A program made the position numbers and the translations under genes. From Setoptus koraiensis (lineage: Eukaryota; Animalia; Arthropoda), in contig CM106586.1 in NCBI GenBank assembly GCA_048013815.1, positions 20,708,001 to 20,772,000 on the forward strand: a stretch of 64,000 nt of DNA. Direction: 5' to 3'. Shown piece after piece: positions 13,400 to 25,320 of this stretch. The notes beneath the pieces are model-generated. The model saw only the letters and a list, made by a program, of their open reading frames with translations, had not been told where the DNA came from and did no database searches. Position 1 is the first letter of the stretch; every line of letters begins with the position of its first letter.

Positions 13400-13470
13400 G
13401 ATTTAATTTTTCCAATAGGAACACAATAGAATATACGTCATCATATAAATTGATTCATCTTAATTTTTCA

Positions 13471-13476
13471 ATTAAA
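13471..13476 (+). promoter_or_regulatory. Candidate polyadenylation signal (ATTAAA) for grh
   Basis: Variant hexamer 86 nt after the grh stop and 11 nt before the NAA15 stop. Confidence 0.4.
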
Positions 13477-13487
13477 TTCATGTATAA

Positions 13488-15845
13488 TTATTTCGTTCTC
13501 ACAATAATATGATCTCTGATGGCGGGCATTTCTAGTTCCAGAACTTTTTTAATGGGCTCTAGTAAAGGCTTCACACGGGACTCCACATACTGTGAAAAAG
13601 AGACTAGCTGCTTTTGTAAGGTATCATGGTAGGGGTCTAGTTTGATGGCACGCTTTATACTCTGCAACATGAGCATCAATTTATCTTGACGCCGATATAT
13701 TTCGAAAGCCAACAAATGAGTGTCTATCTTATTTGAGGCCAAGGTTTTTAATGGTCGCAGGAACCTAAGTGCCATCTCAAGCGGTTCCTTGGGCCGTTCT
13801 AAAGTATGGGCATCCATTTTCTCTAAATTGGCTTCGGACTGTAGGTTATTTTCAGGGGTCTCTGCTGGCGGGGTCTGATGCTGCTTCTTCTTAGCTTCAG
13901 CTTTTCTTTGTTTATTCTTTATCTTTTTGAGCTCAGATGCTGAAAGTTGTTCTTTCTTGCCAACATCCACCTGATCAACTAACGGGTTATCATGTAATTG
14001 CAAGTATATCTCAATAGATATTTCGGCGGCATTGAAAAAGAATCTGTGAGATTTTAGCACATCCTCAAGTCTCAATAACTTGACGTATGAGCGAAGAGTC
14101 ATCTTCCTCATGCAGTAGGTGTGGAAATCGAACTGATCTTCGTTTACTTCTGCAAAGTAAGCATCAATAGAGTAACATTTTTTCAAGGCATCGCCATATT
14201 TCTTCTGTCTTTTATAAGCAAGAGCACATTCTATCTGGAACCACATGCATTGCATTTCATTGAGATTTTCAGTGACTGGTACACCAACACGAGTGAATTT
14301 AGAACACATTTCTTCGGCTTGGCTGATTTTGTTGGCTCTTAGAAGATATTTAGCACACTTAGAATTCAGATACCTATCAGCGGTATCTAAACGCTGAGCT
14401 TCGTTCACAAACTCCACAGCCTTCTCTGGCTCTTGCTTGTGTTTATAAATTTTTGCCTTGATAGTAAGTAGCTCTATCAGAGTGGGAGTATGGTCCATGG
14501 CCTTAGCCACATAGTTAAGCGCTTGGTCATACATTTCTAAATAGTCGAAGTGTTGTGCGAGATAATAGTAGCACCATAAAACACAAGTTGTATCTTCTTT
14601 AGTCACTGAATCACCCTCAAAGTTGTTACTACTCTCTAAATTTTTTTCATACTTTTGCATAAGTTCTTCAATTATCGTAATTTTGTTGGGCAAACCGTGC
14701 TCATCGAAAACCTTCCTCCGTGATCGTATATTTGCGGAAATAGTCTGAGTTTGTTTGACGAACACGACAAGTTTATCATATTCTAGATTGTAAATTGTTT
14801 TCATATTCCTAAACAAGGCAGGTAAACCCTTGCGGATACACTTTTTGAGATATGCATCAACGAGTGGACGAAATAAATCAGGCTCATTTACGAATGTAAG
14901 TGGCAATTTAAATGGTACTTGCGAGCGAGGATATTGGCGTTGGATTTCTTGGTAAACTGCTAGACGAGCAATTTCATCGGATGGATTCAAATCTAGTGCC
15001 TGTTCAAGTTGCTGATAATATTGGTAATTCTCAGGATTTCTAGCTATCAGCTGGTATCTCAATATTGTGGCTGCCTCTGTTTTTCTATTCAAAGCCATAA
15101 GAAGTTGAGCACGATATTCAAGCACTGCCAGACGGTCACAGATCTGGTTGGCACTATACTTATTTAAATAATCCAGAGCCTCCTTGTAATTTTTAGCCTC
15201 TATAAGGATGGAGATCTGATATAGCAATAATTCACTTTGCTCATAATCAATGGGTACTTGAGGAGACGTAGAAGTATTCTCTCCGGATTGCGATACTCCT
15301 GATTGATTGTTAGCCTGCTGACTTTTACGGAATTCGTCTAGAATCTTAATGGCCAACTCGTGATTTTTTAGCAAATGATAAGAGGTGGCAAAGCCAAGCC
15401 AGGAAACACGTTGCGCGGGCCTCAGCATAAAAAGTTGGTACCTGGTATCTCTAAAGCCTTCGAGATCTCTCATCTGTATTTGCAATAGACTGAGATCCCT
15501 TAGAATGGTGATATTATCCTTGTCGTGCTTGAGAGCGTTCCTGTAACATTTGATGGCCTCATCGTATTTGTGTTCAGAACGTTGTAACAAACCGTACACA
15601 TGCCAGCAAACATGAGATTTCAGGTCGTTCTTAAGACCACGTCTTACATACTCGAATGCCTCATCTTTTTTTCCCATACAATTAAGAATTAGACCTTTCA
15701 TGGCTAGAGTTTCTCCATGGTCAGCAGTTTCTGGATTGCTAAGAATCTGCTTGGCCAATTTTAGGCCCATCTTATACTGTTTGTAATCATAGCATTTAAG
15801 GATCTTTTTGAAGATGCCATTCTGTTTTGCCGGCAAGGGAGCCAT
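13488..15845 (-). CDS. NAA15: N-alpha-acetyltransferase 15, NatA auxiliary subunit (Nat1/NARG1), single exon, 785 aa
   Basis: Starts MAPLPAKQNGIFKKILKCYDYKQYK (ATG at 15845). TPR motifs HGETLAMKGLILNC and SHVCWHVYGLLQRSEHKYDEAIKCYRNALK; also TPTLIEL, LDTADRYLNSKCAKYLLRA, NLNEMQCMWF, DQFDFHTYCMRKMTLRSYVKLLRLED and a basic helix KKIKNKQRKAEAKKK. Confidence 0.97.
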   Translation of the reverse strand: MAPLPAKQNGIFKKILKCYDYKQYKMGLKLAKQILSNPETADHGETLAMKGLILNCMGKKDEAFEYVRRGLKNDLKSHVCWHVYGLLQRSEHKYDEAIKCYRNALKHDKDNITILRDLSLLQIQMRDLEGFRDTRYQLFMLRPAQRVSWLGFATSYHLLKNHELAIKILDEFRKSQQANNQSGVSQSGENTSTSPQVPIDYEQSELLLYQISILIEAKNYKEALDYLNKYSANQICDRLAVLEYRAQLLMALNRKTEAATILRYQLIARNPENYQYYQQLEQALDLNPSDEIARLAVYQEIQRQYPRSQVPFKLPLTFVNEPDLFRPLVDAYLKKCIRKGLPALFRNMKTIYNLEYDKLVVFVKQTQTISANIRSRRKVFDEHGLPNKITIIEELMQKYEKNLESSNNFEGDSVTKEDTTCVLWCYYYLAQHFDYLEMYDQALNYVAKAMDHTPTLIELLTIKAKIYKHKQEPEKAVEFVNEAQRLDTADRYLNSKCAKYLLRANKISQAEEMCSKFTRVGVPVTENLNEMQCMWFQIECALAYKRQKKYGDALKKCYSIDAYFAEVNEDQFDFHTYCMRKMTLRSYVKLLRLEDVLKSHRFFFNAAEISIEIYLQLHDNPLVDQVDVGKKEQLSASELKKIKNKQRKAEAKKKQHQTPPAETPENNLQSEANLEKMDAHTLERPKEPLEMALRFLRPLKTLASNKIDTHLLAFEIYRRQDKLMLMLQSIKRAIKLDPYHDTLQKQLVSFSQYVESRVKPLLEPIKKVLELEMPAIRDHIIVRTK

Positions 15846-16281
15846 TATAACATCAGGTTTCGACGATTTAATATGGATTTGCGACAATAGTAATAGTTTA
15901 CTCAATAAAATATAGTAATAGGTTGATAGTGATGGTGCATAATTTGCAAAGCGTGTATGGCTTTATTATCACGCATGGACCACTTTTACAGTTCAAATAT
16001 GTATCCATCAATGGCTATCTCTTTCGCTGATAGACTCAAGCCACTGCCTTCAGGAAGCATAACAGAACACTGCGCATATTGAGCTCTATGAGGCGCGAAA
16101 ATCAAAAGAATTCTTTTTTTTTGAGCGATCCTTTCCGAGCGAATATTTACCGCTAATTGTATATCCCACCAATAAATTTATTACACTCTACAAAATCAGT
16201 TTCACATCTCTAGAGTCATTAATGGTAGAGTGTGGAATATAAATTGTAATAGGAGGCGAGCTCTCTTTTTCATAAATTTCT

Positions 16282-16287
16282 TTTATT
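16282..16287 (-). promoter_or_regulatory. Candidate AATAAA poly(A) signal for the CAP-Gly gene
   Basis: Plus-strand TTTATT about 190 nt past the stop at 16480; a second copy lies at 16177-16182. Confidence 0.4.
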
Positions 16288-16479
16288 GCTTTTCAAATGA
16301 TTGTTGAAATGTAGAATTTCAGAATGTAAAACTTTCTCAATTTTTGAATTCAACTCGTCATGCCGTTTGCATAATCGAATTTAATCATAGAACTTGTTGA
16401 TTATATCAAGCTGTGACAGTTAAAATAATCTACCCTTGATAATAACAATTGGATACATTTACTGAGCTATGCTTGTATC

Positions 16480-19250
16480 TTACACAATGCCAGTATTCTC
16501 ACAACCAGAATCACTCGCCTCGCGGGAATCCATTTTCTTCTCCAATATGTATGTGCGAGGCTCTTCCGATATGTTACCATTTAACAGCCTGATCTTTATC
16601 TCTTTGAGATTCTTCTCCGGCAAATCAGCAACTCCATTGGCCGAAATCACCTCATCTACGCCATTCATAATATTATTACCATTGTTGATTTGTTTCGAAT
16701 CTAACTTCTGGGCCGCAATGGCGTTTGGACGATCTTTTTTATTTGCTCGGACTATAGTTGCATAGATTGGGTTACTTCCTTCGAAAGCTGTTGAAGGTGA
16801 GGACGTTGAATTTTTGTCTTTCTGCTCGTCTGAGTCAAGTTCCTCTTTATTTGATTGTAAAATTCCTTTCGAAAATTTATTTGAATCCATTGTTTCATTA
16901 ATCAGACTGGTCGTAGATTTGTTATCATCGTGTGTGCCAAAACGAGTCGGTGAAATGGTTATTGCTGAAAGAGATCTTTGTTGGTTGTCCTTAGGGTTGC
17001 TTTTGTTTCCTCCACCAATCGCCGGTTGAGAACTGTCTGCTCCAGAATGGTTGTTCCGGTAGCAATTTAGCGATGGATCTGGATTAATTGATAACGTTAG
17101 ACTCAATTGGAATGCTTGAGGCACAGACCCTGTTAGAACAGGTATATTGATTGTTGCATCATTCATATGAGTCGCGGTATCCTCAGCGAGGCTAGTTCCA
17201 CTCGTACAAGATTCCCTGGAGCTAATACTCATAGAGCCCGAAGTTGTTGATTGATTTACAAAATTGCGTGGCAATGATTTTGATGCTGCTTGTCCCTCAG
17301 TGTAAGATTTGGAACAATTATCGACTCGAATATCAGTTTTGTCATCATGATAATCGAATTCTACTGATTTCGGCGATGCTCTAGAATTGGCATTTTGATT
17401 GAAACTGCTTGTGTTCTGCGATGGTTGATAGCTATACTCGCAATTTTCAAGAGACAATATTTTTCGACTGAATTCTTCATCATGAGCAGCTCTTCTAATG
17501 ATCCTTGCCATGAATTTGTTTAGTTCCTTAGGTGAATCAATTGTATAATTATCGTTGTTACCACAAGTTTTAGATAGAAAGTTGCTTGCTTCCTTCAACT
17601 GAACATTTAATTTGTCAGTCTCCTCATGTGTCAGGGCGGCCGTGCATAAGATTCTCTCAGCTATCTTTCCATATAAGTCATCTATATGCTTTTCTTGATT
17701 GTCAACCAGATTCGCTGAAACTGGAATATTGCTACCCGGGTCACTTTTGCTTGTGTTATAGATGGGCTCCTCTTTATATTCTCTATCCTCATAGCCTATT
17801 GGCACTGGGATAGGAGACCTTTCAGACATTCGCAGATCTCTGGTCGATTTGCTGATTGACATGGCGCGAGATGAATTTCGATCATCTTGAGGAAAGTTCA
17901 ACTCATCTGTATATGCTGTGGCAACTTGAGTCAATTTGGGTTCACTCTGAGTGTAACTCAATGTTGCATCCGAGAACTGTCGCTGATTACTTCTTTTACT
18001 AATATTGCTACCTGTGGATGGTGTTAAACAGGAAACCAACGATCTGATGCTTCTCAAAATATTTTTTGATTTGTCTGAGAAACGAGAGCTATTTCTGTGC
18101 TCAGAACGATAATCGCTATCGATCTCAGAGTCAATGTCATTTCCAAAATAGTTATCGGTAGGATATAGATAACGATTGTCTATGCTCGATCTATAGTTGG
18201 TCTGACCGGAGTTGGATTCTTTCTTACAATCGTTATCTATTCCAAGTAAGCCATCTTGATTGGTTGTACCCCCAAGAGATTTTAGATCATTCAATGATGA
18301 ATGCAAGTCGTTCCCAGTTAGTGTACTACTCAGGTTAGCCGAATAAACTCTTTGCTGACCATTACTAGTAACGGGGCTCTCATGATAGTACGAACGTTGA
18401 TCATCGCTAACGGTCTTGTCTGCTAACTTGTCCATCTCTGCGCCTGTTAATGATTGAGTGGAGAGGTATTCAATTCTTTTTTCATTATCACGTTGATCTA
18501 GATCACACGAGGGCTTGTCAGTGAATGTTGCCGATTGATTTTTATGAGTTTTATGATGTCTATGGCCATGTTTACTATGATGGTGCCTGTGACTATGCCT
18601 TCTTGAGGAATGTTTCCTATCCAAGCTTCCCGAGGCCAATTGCTTAAATTCGTTTGGCAACAGTTTAGTTTGCTGTTCTTGTAAAGTAGTGAGATATCCT
18701 GAGCCCTCCATCCAGCTATTTCCTATTGGTGGTAGTTTGAGGGGTGGAGGAGGTTCATTTGAATATTGGCATAAAGCATTTTCTTGACTCTCCATACCAC
18801 AGCAAGTGTAAGTGGAAAATTGACACATGTGAGTTGCGTTCTTCCCTGCCTTGCCAAGACGTTGCGATTTACTTGGCTTGACAACATGAGCACAAGGACC
18901 ACAACTAGGACACTGACAATGAAGTCTATTATTGACAGCAAGAATATCATGTCCCGGTCTTCTGTGAGGCGCATTCAAGAAACAATGTTGGACATGAACT
19001 GTTGAAACCCGTTGTATACTAATCATTTGTCCAGGTCTCACAGCAGCTGACATCACTGATATCATGGTACCGGGTTCTGGTCTTCCAATATGTTGATCAA
19101 CCTGGACTACTGAGTTAAGAGGCAAAAATTTGGCAAAACAATCTTTGGCAACAAAATATCTACGTCCATTGAGGGATCCGTCACCCTCCCCGATGGCGTT
19201 ATCAAATTCTACTCCAACTGTCCAATCTGGACAAATCTGTGGTACTCGTC
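16480..19250 (-). CDS. Uncharacterised CAP-Gly-domain protein, last coding exon
   Basis: Acceptor CTTCTACCAG| at 19251/19250 opens (G)RVPQICPDWTVGVEFDNAIGEGDGSLNGRRYFVAKDCFAKFLPL, the second half of a CAP-Gly domain. A Cys/His-rich block and a long S/N-rich tail follow; TAA at 16480. Confidence 0.85.
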
Positions 19251-19401
19251 CTGGTAGAAGGATAAAGCATTTGAATTTGATTCAGAAGTTTTTTGATTAG
19301 GAACAATGAAACAACGAAAACAGTCGAGCTCTTTATAACTCACTTAAGATATTGAAATGTTAGTTAGCGCGATAAACGTTTTAGTGGGTCGTTATACTCA
19401 C
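19251..19401 (-). other. 151-bp phase-1 GT-AG intron splitting the CAP-Gly domain
   Basis: ATA G|GTGAGT ... TTATCCTTCTACCAG|GA; splicing restores GTIRWIG-RVPQ...GVEFD in frame. Confidence 0.9.
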
Positions 19402-19575
19402 CTATCCACCTAATTGTGCCGAATTCATTTCCGTAATATTCTTTATAGGCAACTCGCTGACCTATTTTCACCATGGGAGCAGTTGGCTCATTAATAATGT
19501 CTTCCTCCGTCATGACGGCTTGCTTGAATTTTCGTATGATCACTTTGCGCGGTTGACTTTTGGGGCCATCAATCT
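19402..19575 (-). CDS. CAP-Gly protein, internal (or first) coding exon
   Basis: Encodes IDGPKSQPRKVIIRKFKQAVMTEEDIINEPTAPMVKIGQRVAYKEYYGNEFGTIRWIG, the first half of the CAP-Gly domain. The 5' boundary is either the acceptor ACATTCGCAG| (19576/19575, phase 1) or the internal ATG at 19513. Confidence 0.8.
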
Positions 19576-20522
19576 CTGCGAATGTCAATTTCGATGTAAG
19601 CAATTTCGAACAGTATACAGTTAGTTATATGAGTGGTAATATAATTATTGTGATTAAATGATGTCGTTTATCAATGATATATCATCTCATTTCTCTATAA
19701 ATTTCTATCTCGAAGCTGAATGAAATTCATCTATAGGAAGTTGTTTTCTAAATGCGATGATTTATGTTAGCCGAAAGAATACTTAAGGTTTGCTCTCTCA
19801 TTGATCGTGCTTGTTATTTGTAATGAGCCTATTCAGATTGTGAATAGAGAACGTTGCCCATGCAAATGTTTATAACTTATAGACGGTATTCAACTAACAA
19901 GTAAGTTACGTTTCGTGAACGGTATTACAATCACAAGCATAAACCGGTGTTACTGTAACCCAAACTGGCCGCCGAACATATTGGTTGTGAGACTGAAATA
20001 TAAATGCATTGCACTGGCATAATGAGGAGGAATATGTCGTGTTTCGTCAGCAGTCACAGGTAAAACTGAATGAGATGTGACAACAATACAACTGAATATG
20101 CTCTTCTTCTTTCGATCGTCTCTATCGGAATATTTTCTTTCTCTCCTATTGCTGCTAAAAATACCTGATTACTTTATATTCATTGATATGGATTCATCGT
20201 TTTGGCAAGACGTGACGAAACGGAATGGCACCCATTCAGCGCGTTGCTGATATAATAATTTATTCTTTTGAATTGTTCTTTTTTCTCTTCTATTTGTGCC
20301 AGATGTATTGTAGAGGTATTTGTTCGAGCGAAGCACATGATAGGCAGCGAAAATTAAAGCTACTTGAGGCTCAACTCTTAAGCCACATTCGGCAACAACA
20401 ATACGGCGAACAGGGAAACAACATACGCGCCTAGGCACACAGGGCAAGATTGTTGTTGGTTGTTGCCGTTGATATTGTTGCTCTTGATCTGTGGACGACT
20501 CTCGTTGGAGTCGTGTGTGTGT

Positions 20523-20564
<42 letters not shown>

Positions 20565-23519
20565 TGGCTGGGGACAAATTTAAATTATTCCACAAGCGTT
20601 TCGCACACCATGAATGCTGCACTTGTCTGTCCGTTTGTCTGTCTGCTCATAGCCAGTGTGCTAAAATTCGAACCTCATGCTATAATTTCGACGATAAGAT
20701 TATTCGATGACGAACGCTCTCTTGTATTACTATGGCTGTGTGTGTGTGTGTGTGTTCGATTTGTAGACGGGCCTCGTGCAGGCCCCTGAAACAGTGTGCA
20801 GAATGCTGGCGTTGCTAGCTGCGTTGTGCTTGTAACATGACCCGCTAGAGGCCGAGCTAGCTTAGAAACTAGCGGCGACGTTGTTGAATAGACGAGAAAA
20901 CAAGTGAATGATAAAACGAGAAAACGGATAAACGAGGCCGCGAGCCAAGCCGGATTCACTCAGCTTGAGCTGGTTAGCCACTCACAGTGAGAGGGCCCCA
21001 ATAATGGAGCCCAACGGAATGTGTGTGTGTTACACAAGCTGTGTGTGTGTGCGTGTGCACTTTGCCGAGGTGCACGACAATAGCAGTGTTGTTTTTGTTG
21101 TGCACTGTGCACACTGACTCAATACAGAATAAGGGCGAGCGAGCGCGCGCGCGCGCGCGCAACAACTTCGTGCGGAGGAATGAGATCATCCAATTGTAAA
21201 TGGCGCACACCAATGCACACAATTTATGTATCGCCGCTGCTGCCATGTTATGGCACGCGGCGTGCTAACGAGAGGACAACCGCACACGCACACGCACACA
21301 CAAACACACACACACACACACACACAAGTTGTGCAACGGCCGCACAATGGCCGACACATTTTGAGCGCGAATTCCTACACACAACGCAACACACTAGACC
21401 GAATTATACAAGACTGCCTGTGCTCCTTTGGGCACAACGTGTATGCAAACTGACGCTGCAGGCTCACGCAACCAGCAAACGGGTGCCCGTCATAGGCGGC
21501 CTATGCGTGCAGTTAGATCGAACTAGCGCAAGACACACAAGATAAATAGCGTTGTTATTACGCTCACTGGGGCCCCGTCATAAGTGCACCTACATTTGCT
21601 AGAAACGCAAATCAACATGAAAGGCCAAGCGCCGTTCGGGCCTAATTCTAAAAGAACCGGGCCAATACACAGTAGACAATGTTTGTATCAATACGGGGCG
21701 CCAATTTGCTGACTCGAGGGAATGAATAGTGAACAGGCTGGCAAGTTGCAGGCCAGCACGCGATTGGGACGTGCACGACAGCATGTGTCTCACTGGCAAA
21801 TATGGTTCGTTCAGCCGAGTCAAATTTGTTTGTGCATCAGCGGTAACGGCATGATATATCAACGAGGGCAACATTGATATAATATTAATGGTTTTGATAC
21901 TGTCTGCCAGTTTGATGGCTGACAATTATGGCTGCTCATCCGTGCTCAAGCGCTCTCCCTCTATGCGCTGCTGCCATCAATGTGGGCCCGGGTTATGACG
22001 AATACAAATAACAGATGAAAAGATAAACAGATAAACAGATAAAGGGATAAAAAACGATGCTAATGTATTAGGTTATTGGGCCGGCCTAATAAACGCACCA
22101 CTAACACCTCTCACTTGTTAGTGGTGTGTAAGTGGCCTTCGCCCCCCCCTGCCCGCCACATCCCCTTTGTATGCGTATATAGGTGGTAGATTGCAGCCTA
22201 ATGATAACAACAATGGCGCACACATCTTGAAAACGGCTTTCCCTTCGTTACTGCTTACATGCAAATGGAAATTATTTTAATCGCAAACAATCTTCATCGC
22301 CACTACATTACTATATTGGATACAAATGGATTATCATTATCACCATCATTAAAATTGAGACAAACGAGGCGCTGCTCTGCGAGAGCCACGCAGCCACTGT
22401 AGCAATGATCACAATAGAACTCGGGCATGGGCACATAATTGCAGAGAAATGAAGAAAGGATTCACCTTGAAAATTTATCTCTTCGTCATCGATACTGTCT
22501 CGATATAAGTGCTCATATGCCAAGGTTCAAAGAACTTTCAAACTTGCCCGGTATGAGCAATGAACTGTAGCACTGATATCGACATTATTACTATCATGAC
22601 TGCGCCATGTGTTGGCTGGCCCGCGCCAGATTGGGCCCGCTTTTGTATTATTTAATCAAACTGGCGCACTGATAAGTCAATCCGTTATCTGCAGTCTGTT
22701 AGGACCCGGTTAGCTGGCCAGTTTGTAGAGGCCTATAGTGGAAAAAGGGCGTCGCACTGGCTCAAAACGATCAGTTGTCGATCGGGACTGCATTCAATAA
22801 ACATTAAGATACCTTCATTTACATATTGGCGTCCAAACAGACTGCTGCGTCTCAGAATAGAAAATATCCACGATGGGCGGGAACGCTTATTATTCGCCGC
22901 CAGTTAGTCTGTTGATGATGCTCCATTGCATGATTGGGGCCCATGGTTGGGCATATCGATGTCTGCATACGATGCCATCCAACCAATAATCCAGTGCAGT
23001 CAATTGGTGAGTCCAGCCAGCGACAGACTTCTGGCATTAGCAGTAATTGTACATTGTGTAACACACAAACTCAGACTCACGCATAAACATACACACGCAG
23101 ACAGAGATGAAATGGGGCCCCGAATCAATTCCGAGAGTGCCCTCGAACAAGCTTCGCAACGCGGGCCCGGACTGAACCAGACTGGACTTTGTTTTGTGGA
23201 GCGTTTGTCAGTAGTGAATGAAGGCCAAAAACTTTGCCAGTTCAGAAAAGTACAAGTATAGTGATGATAGTAGCTTTAGCTTGCCAATTGATGCTGACTC
23301 ACGAACGGCTAGTTTGTTGTTGTTGTTGTTTAGTACATAAACACGCGAACATTTAATAACGATGCTAACATTGATGATGATTATTATTATTATGATTATT
23401 TCTATCATGCAGGCTCAACTTGTAGGGGCCTGCAATATCATCAATCCGAAAGTGATTTGAACAGTAACAATAGAAACAGCAACAACAACAACAACAAAAC
23501 TACAACAACAATAACAAAT

Positions 23520-25320
23520 GACGGACACAAACTTGCATGTGCAAACTATGGTGACCTTGATATCACCAATATAACACTAACAAAAGACGATGAGAGTGCT
23601 TTGCATCTTGCCACTCAATTACACGATCCCGAAACTCATTAGAATTCCCAGTATCTCTCGTTAACTGATTAAGCCCGAGTGAGGGACCATTAACTATAGC
23701 CACCGTCGGCGAGCGAGTGCAGACTCCCGAGAAGCTCACAGGCCAGCTAGTGCTTGTTCCACGAAATGGACAAGCACATAATGGCTAAACGAGAACAGAG
23801 TAAAAGACCTCCTGACGATTTATTCAGTTCGCAATCAAGGGAGAGGATAGCTGGTAGAATTTGTTTGAAAATAGTCTTCAATGCACACTGTGGATTACAT
23901 ACTGCGTTGGCAGTAAGATGGGACACTCAAATGACGATGATCTCATATGATTCGAACGCTCAAATGATATGGATTCTAATGAACCAGAATGTTCAAATAC
24001 CTGATTAGGAGATGTCACGTTTCGCAGAATATCGTTGTTGTAACGCGCTCGATACTCACCGGTATAGATAATGAGTGCGAGTTTCAGCTTAAATAAGCTC
24101 ATAATTCTTAGTTTTAGCATAGCGAGAAGCACTCCGGGCATTCATCTAAGCATTCGGATTATCTGATAGGCTTTGACTTGAAAAATACTGATTCATATGA
24201 AAGATTTGTATACTCTTGAGACCGTAGATTATCGCTATTGTTTCTCTGTTATCGAGCACGTCATAGCTGCAATCAATGGATGGTTTTTTGGCGTGATTCA
24301 GAGCCCTGTGAACATATGAAGCCAGTCATCCGTATCGGTAAGAGGCCCCATTTAAATGGGTTTCTTTTGTATCGGTTATTAATGTGTCAGCGGATACTGG
24401 CACAGAGGTATTGTTGGTCGGACAGATGCATATTAAAGTAGGGAGACTCTTCTCGGAACAATTCTCGTCCCATCGTGTATATGTATTATCATCAAGCACT
24501 ATCGGCTTCGCTATCTAATTGATCAATGCGACGCACTCGCTCGATCATTAGTCTTCTCAATGAATCTCGGCATCATCGATGAAAGGATGTGACGCTGATG
24601 TTCGCCGAGAACAATGCCGTTATGTTGCCTTTGGGCAAAAGAAACAGGACGCTAAAAATAATGGGGAAAAATTGCGCGACGGTCATATTTGTTGGCTGTG
24701 AAAGATCCCCATACTTGTGTCTAATGAATAGATCTTGATATGCCAGCTAGTATGATAATGATGAGTTGATCAGCACCATATCGGGTCGGCTGTGACGATG
24801 GTGCACGTATGGCTTCGTCGCATACAAAGAGGCTAGCATGTGTAAGGTTTTGTCCAGTACTATCGCAAACAACAAGATCTAAAAGTCAAACGGACGGTCA
24901 ACGAAGACAAAGTTCAGATTGGTTCGGAGCAATCGGTGGGCCTCAATGAAAACATAACAATTATTGATAATGATGGATGAAGTTGACTATGACAGGGTGG
25001 AAATAATTCTAAATGCAGTTAGTTTTTCGCGAATCAGTTTCGTGGGTCATTCTATTTGAAGGCATTAATTCCAGATGAGATCGATCATGAGACAGGAAGG
25101 GAATAGCGAATTGTGATACCATTGACGTGTTACGAGTCATATTGGCAGTGCGGTCAAAACGCGAAACGTCAGGTCTAACCAATAGCAGTAGGATGGATGA
25201 GGTTTTTGCCGCCTATAGCTTACTGTATCCAATTGTGAGGCTGGCCTCCGTGGCTCAAGTTCAGTATACTAATAATACTAGTGATCCAGCTGGGCGATAG
25301 AGCTGAGTTGACCATGAAAA
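23520..25320 (-). mobile_element. Highly decayed LINE-like relic (APE endonuclease then RT start)
   Basis: Complex, repeat-free DNA with many stops and frameshifts. Minus-strand pieces HSRPDMVLINSSL (about 24752-24790) and YDRRAIF resemble APE D..L and SDH..I motifs. VSHLTANAVCNPQCALKTIFKQILPAILSL (about 23840-23927) resembles the RT K.PG.DG...LK..P.I region. Confidence 0.3.

Noticed and set aside
16480-19603. Calling the CAP-Gly gene CYLD, CLIP-190, TBCB or kinesin-73
   Set aside because: None of the USP, long coiled-coil, ubiquitin-like or motor domains that define these is visible.
22311-22523. Minus-strand LAYEHLYRDSIDDEEINFQ followed by a phase-1 donor CAAG|GTGAAT as an extra CAP-Gly exon
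   Set aside because: An in-frame TGA lies just upstream, there is no in-frame ATG and no phase-compatible acceptor; it could at most be a non-coding 5' exon.
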